A stretch of DNA of 64,000 bases, taken from assembly GCA_044226385.1 (NCBI GenBank), contig JBGAHA010000011.1, forward strand, positions 14,820-78,819, in the 5' to 3' direction. Of the stretch, positions 61,869 through 64,000 are shown piece after piece. Each line of letters opens with the position of its first letter. The stretch's first letter is position 1. The DNA comes from Phycisphaerales bacterium. GTDB taxonomy: Bacteria > Planctomycetota > Phycisphaerae > Phycisphaerales > UBA1924. Made by a program: the position numbers and the translations under genes. A model generated the notes under the pieces. That model was given only the letters and a program-made list of their open reading frames with translations, searched no databases and was not told where the DNA came from.

Positions 61869-62049
61869 CGTTCGCTCCGGCTTTATTCCCCACGTGCCCG
61901 AACCACCGCTCATGGATGCGCCCGCCCGCCGTCACCGTCAGCCGACCCATATTTTCGCCCCGCTCGACCCCGGGCGGTGCCGCGAGAATCCTGCTAATCT
62001 CTCCCTCCGCTCGCCCGTCATTTCCCCACGCAATTCGGGAGATTCCACC

Positions 62050-63066
62050 ATGCCCCGCCCCGTCACGCTCTTCACCGGCCAGTGGGCCGACCTGCCCCTC
62101 GACACCATGGCCGCCAAGGCCAAGAGCTTCGGCTACGACGGACTTGAGCTCGCCTGCTGGGGCGACCATTTCGAGGTCTCCAAGGCCAACGCCGACGCCG
62201 CCTACTGCCAGTCGCGCTGGGACCTGCTCAATCGCCACGGCCTCAAGTGCTACGCCATCAGCAACCACCTCGTCGGCCAGGCCGTCTGCGACCAGATCGA
62301 CCACCGCCACAAGGCGATTCTTCCGCCTCACATCTGGGGGGACGGAGATCCCGAAGGTGTTCGCCAGCGCGCCGCCGAAGAGATGAAGGCCACCGCCCGC
62401 GCCGCCGCCCGCCTGGGCGTCAAGGTCGTCAACGGCTTCACAGGCTCCTCCATCTGGGGCATGCTCTACTTCTTCCCGCCCACCAGCCCCGCCGACGTCA
62501 AGGCCGGTTACGACGACTTCGCCAAGCGCTGGGGACCCATCCTCGACGAGTACCGCAACCTCGGCGTCAAGTTCGCCCTCGAGGTGCACCCCAGCGAGAT
62601 CGCCTACGACGTCTATTCCACCGAGGCCGCCCTCAGCGCCATCGGCAACCATTCCGCCTTCGGCTTCAACTTCGATCCCAGCCACCTCCTCTGGCAGGGC
62701 GTCGCCCCCAATAAGTTCATCGAGCGATTCCCCGACCGCATCTTCCACGTCCACATGAAGGACGTCGCCGTCCACTACGGGGCGTCCTCGGGTGACGGTC
62801 TCTCCGGCGTGCTGGGCTCCCACCTCTCCTTCGGCGATGTCCGCCGAGGCTGGGATTTCCGCTCCGTCGGTCGCGGGCATGTCAATTTCGAGGCGATCAT
62901 CCGCTCTCTCAACCGGATTGGCTACCAGGGCCCGCTGAGCGTGGAATGGGAAGACCCGGGCATGGACCGGGAGCACGGCGCGACCGAAAGCTGCCAGTAC
63001 GTCCGCCGGCTCGATTTCACCCCCGCCCACGCCGCCTTCGACGCCGCCTTTGAAAAGAAGGGCTGA
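62050..63066 (+). CDS. Sugar phosphate isomerase/epimerase (xylose isomerase-like TIM barrel)
   Basis: '[15 protein letters not shown]', '[13 protein letters not shown]', '[11 protein letters not shown]', 'HVHMKDV', 'PLSVEWED'. ATG at 62050. Confidence 0.8.
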   Translation: MPRPVTLFTGQWADLPLDTMAAKAKSFGYDGLELACWGDHFEVSKANADAAYCQSRWDLLNRHGLKCYAISNHLVGQAVCDQIDHRHKAILPPHIWGDGDPEGVRQRAAEEMKATARAAARLGVKVVNGFTGSSIWGMLYFFPPTSPADVKAGYDDFAKRWGPILDEYRNLGVKFALEVHPSEIAYDVYSTEAALSAIGNHSAFGFNFDPSHLLWQGVAPNKFIERFPDRIFHVHMKDVAVHYGASSGDGLSGVLGSHLSFGDVRRGWDFRSVGRGHVNFEAIIRSLNRIGYQGPLSVEWEDPGMDREHGATESCQYVRRLDFTPAHAAFDAAFEKKG

Positions 63067-63116
63067 GTTTCCCTCCGCGAAGCAAGTCCCATCGACCCCG
63101 GATTCGCGGCATTTCG

Positions 63117-63136
63117 ACGCCCTGCGCGGGCGTTTT
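63117..63136 (+). terminator. Probable intrinsic terminator after the isomerase/epimerase gene
   Basis: ACGCCC-TGCGC-GGGCGT followed by TTTG. The stem is short and the T-run is short. Confidence 0.45.
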
Positions 63137-63277
63137 GACTCCAAGCTCGGCCCCCGGCCGATCCCACGGACGCCCGCTCGGTTTTCGGCGAGGCATCGCA
63201 TATTGTTCCTTCCCTGGCAGATGTCCGCACCCGCCCGGCGCCCCCGCCGAGCGTCAGAGGTCCCGGAGAGAACCGAC

Positions 63278-64000
63278 ATGGCCCACGCAAAGTCCTCCAA
63301 TCCCAGCGAGTTCATCCTTCCCGACCTGGGCGAAGGCGTGCACGAAGCCGAGCTCATCAAGTGGCGCGTCAAGCCCGGTGATTCCGTCGCCGAGCACGAC
63401 ATCCTCGCCGAGATGGAGACCGACAAGGCCCTGGTGGAAGTCCCCAGCCCCCGCGCGGGCGTGATCGCCCAACTCCACGGGGCCGAGGGTGAGATCCTGC
63501 ATGTCGGCAATGTGCTGGTGACCTACCAGGATGACGGCGCGCCCGCCCGCCCCGCCGCGGCGCCGGCGACCTCCGCCCGCGCCGCCTCTCCGGCGCCGGC
63601 CTCACCTTCCAAGAACGGTTCATCCCACGCCGCTCCCGCCCCCGCCCCGGCCAAGCCCGAAGAGCGCGAGGACGCCGGCACCGTCGTCGGCAACATGTCC
63701 GGCGGCGTCGCCGGCGTTTCCACCACCCCGGGAAAGGCCCTCGCCACCCCCGCGGTGCGCCGCCTCGCCCGCGACCTGGGTATTGATATCGACGCCGTCG
63801 CCGGCACCGGCATCGGCGGACGCGTCACCGAGAAGGATGTCCGCGGCGCGACGCCGGGCTCGTCGAAGTCTTCCGGTTCCTCCTGCGACATGGGCCAGCC
63901 CTCGATCCCGCCTTCGGTCCCGGGTGCTCGCACCTCTTCGCCCGCGACGCGTCCCTCGGCCCCCGCGCCCGCGGCCAAGCCCGCCGACCGCGGCGTCCCC
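63278..64000 (+). CDS. 2-oxoacid dehydrogenase complex E2 (dihydrolipoamide acyltransferase), 5' part; continues beyond the window
   Basis: ATG at 63278. Lipoyl domain 'FILPDLGEGVHEAELIKWRVKPGDSVAEHDILAEMETDKALVEVPSPRAGVI', a Pro/Ala linker, and the E3-binding domain 'ALATPAVRRLARDLGIDIDAVAGTGIGGRVTEKDV'. There is no stop before the window end, so this ORF is absent from the ORF track. Confidence 0.85.
   Translation, partial: MAHAKSSNPSEFILPDLGEGVHEAELIKWRVKPGDSVAEHDILAEMETDKALVEVPSPRAGVIAQLHGAEGEILHVGNVLVTYQDDGAPARPAAAPATSARAASPAPASPSKNGSSHAAPAPAPAKPEEREDAGTVVGNMSGGVAGVSTTPGKALATPAVRRLARDLGIDIDAVAGTGIGGRVTEKDVRGATPGSSKSSGSSCDMGQPSIPPSVPGARTSSPATRPSAPAPAAKPADRGVP

Noticed and set aside
1-64000. 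Mobile elements, prophage, defence islands, tRNA/rRNA genes
   Set aside because: I looked through all intergenic gaps larger than 100 nt and all ORFs longer than 100 aa. I found no transposase, integrase, recombinase, reverse transcriptase, restriction-modification, cas or toxin-antitoxin signatures, and no cloverleaf-like tRNA sequences. Absence is judged by eye only; tRNAscan-SE, Infernal and DefenseFinder runs would be the proper check.

Overview
This is a very GC-rich bacterial chromosomal segment. I call about 47 protein-coding genes, tightly packed and mostly housekeeping or envelope-related. I recognised no rRNA, tRNA, CRISPR array, transposase, integrase or phage genes.

Several traits suggest a Planctomycetota (Phycisphaerae-like) origin, but this is inference only. 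They are a C25 peptidase with a Gly-Cys-terminated dockerin-like tail, an N-terminal 'LEARKLLS' motif on an FG-GAP protein, many CxxC..CPECG membrane proteins, and low-complexity insertions in housekeeping enzymes.

Gene content, left to right:
- Signalling cluster: PP2C phosphatase, two histidine kinases, LuxR-type response regulator.
- pyrG.
- Two tandem secreted M1 aminopeptidases.
- Peroxiredoxin and a YggS-family protein.
- C25 (gingipain-like) peptidase.
- Ser/Thr kinase with TPR repeats.
- mfd and comEA.
- A roughly 1120-aa FG-GAP/DUF4214/propeller protein.
- Na+/solute symporter.
- MBL-fold hydrolase.
- GldA/GldF/GldG-like ABC system plus a DUF4340-like protein.
- ispE, ruvC, dnaB.
- Polysaccharide cluster: WcaF-like acetyltransferase, fused double GT4 glycosyltransferase, Wzy-like protein, flippase.
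- Saccharopine-dehydrogenase-like protein.
- purD.
- PuuD-like amidotransferase.
- Retropepsin-like protease.
- Sugar phosphate isomerase/epimerase.
- The 5' part of a 2-oxoacid dehydrogenase E2 gene.

The most unusual element is non-coding. In the 1.2-kb gap at 32375-33580 there are seven tandem RNA-like modules, four near-identical 81-nt units plus three diverged copies. Read on the minus strand, each is a small hairpin, a CU-rich anti-Shine-Dalgarno-like stretch, and a GC-rich hairpin followed by a U-run. Compensatory base changes between copies preserve the stems. I interpret this as a candidate multicopy small-RNA array.

Other points worth a second look:
- Four paralogous membrane proteins carry a CxxCxY..CPECG zinc-ribbon motif.
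- DnaB has an SSB-like disordered tail ending in DEEPPF.
- PurD has a roughly 100-aa insertion.
- PyrG has an N-terminal extension.
- One ORF encodes two fused GT4 glycosyltransferase domains.
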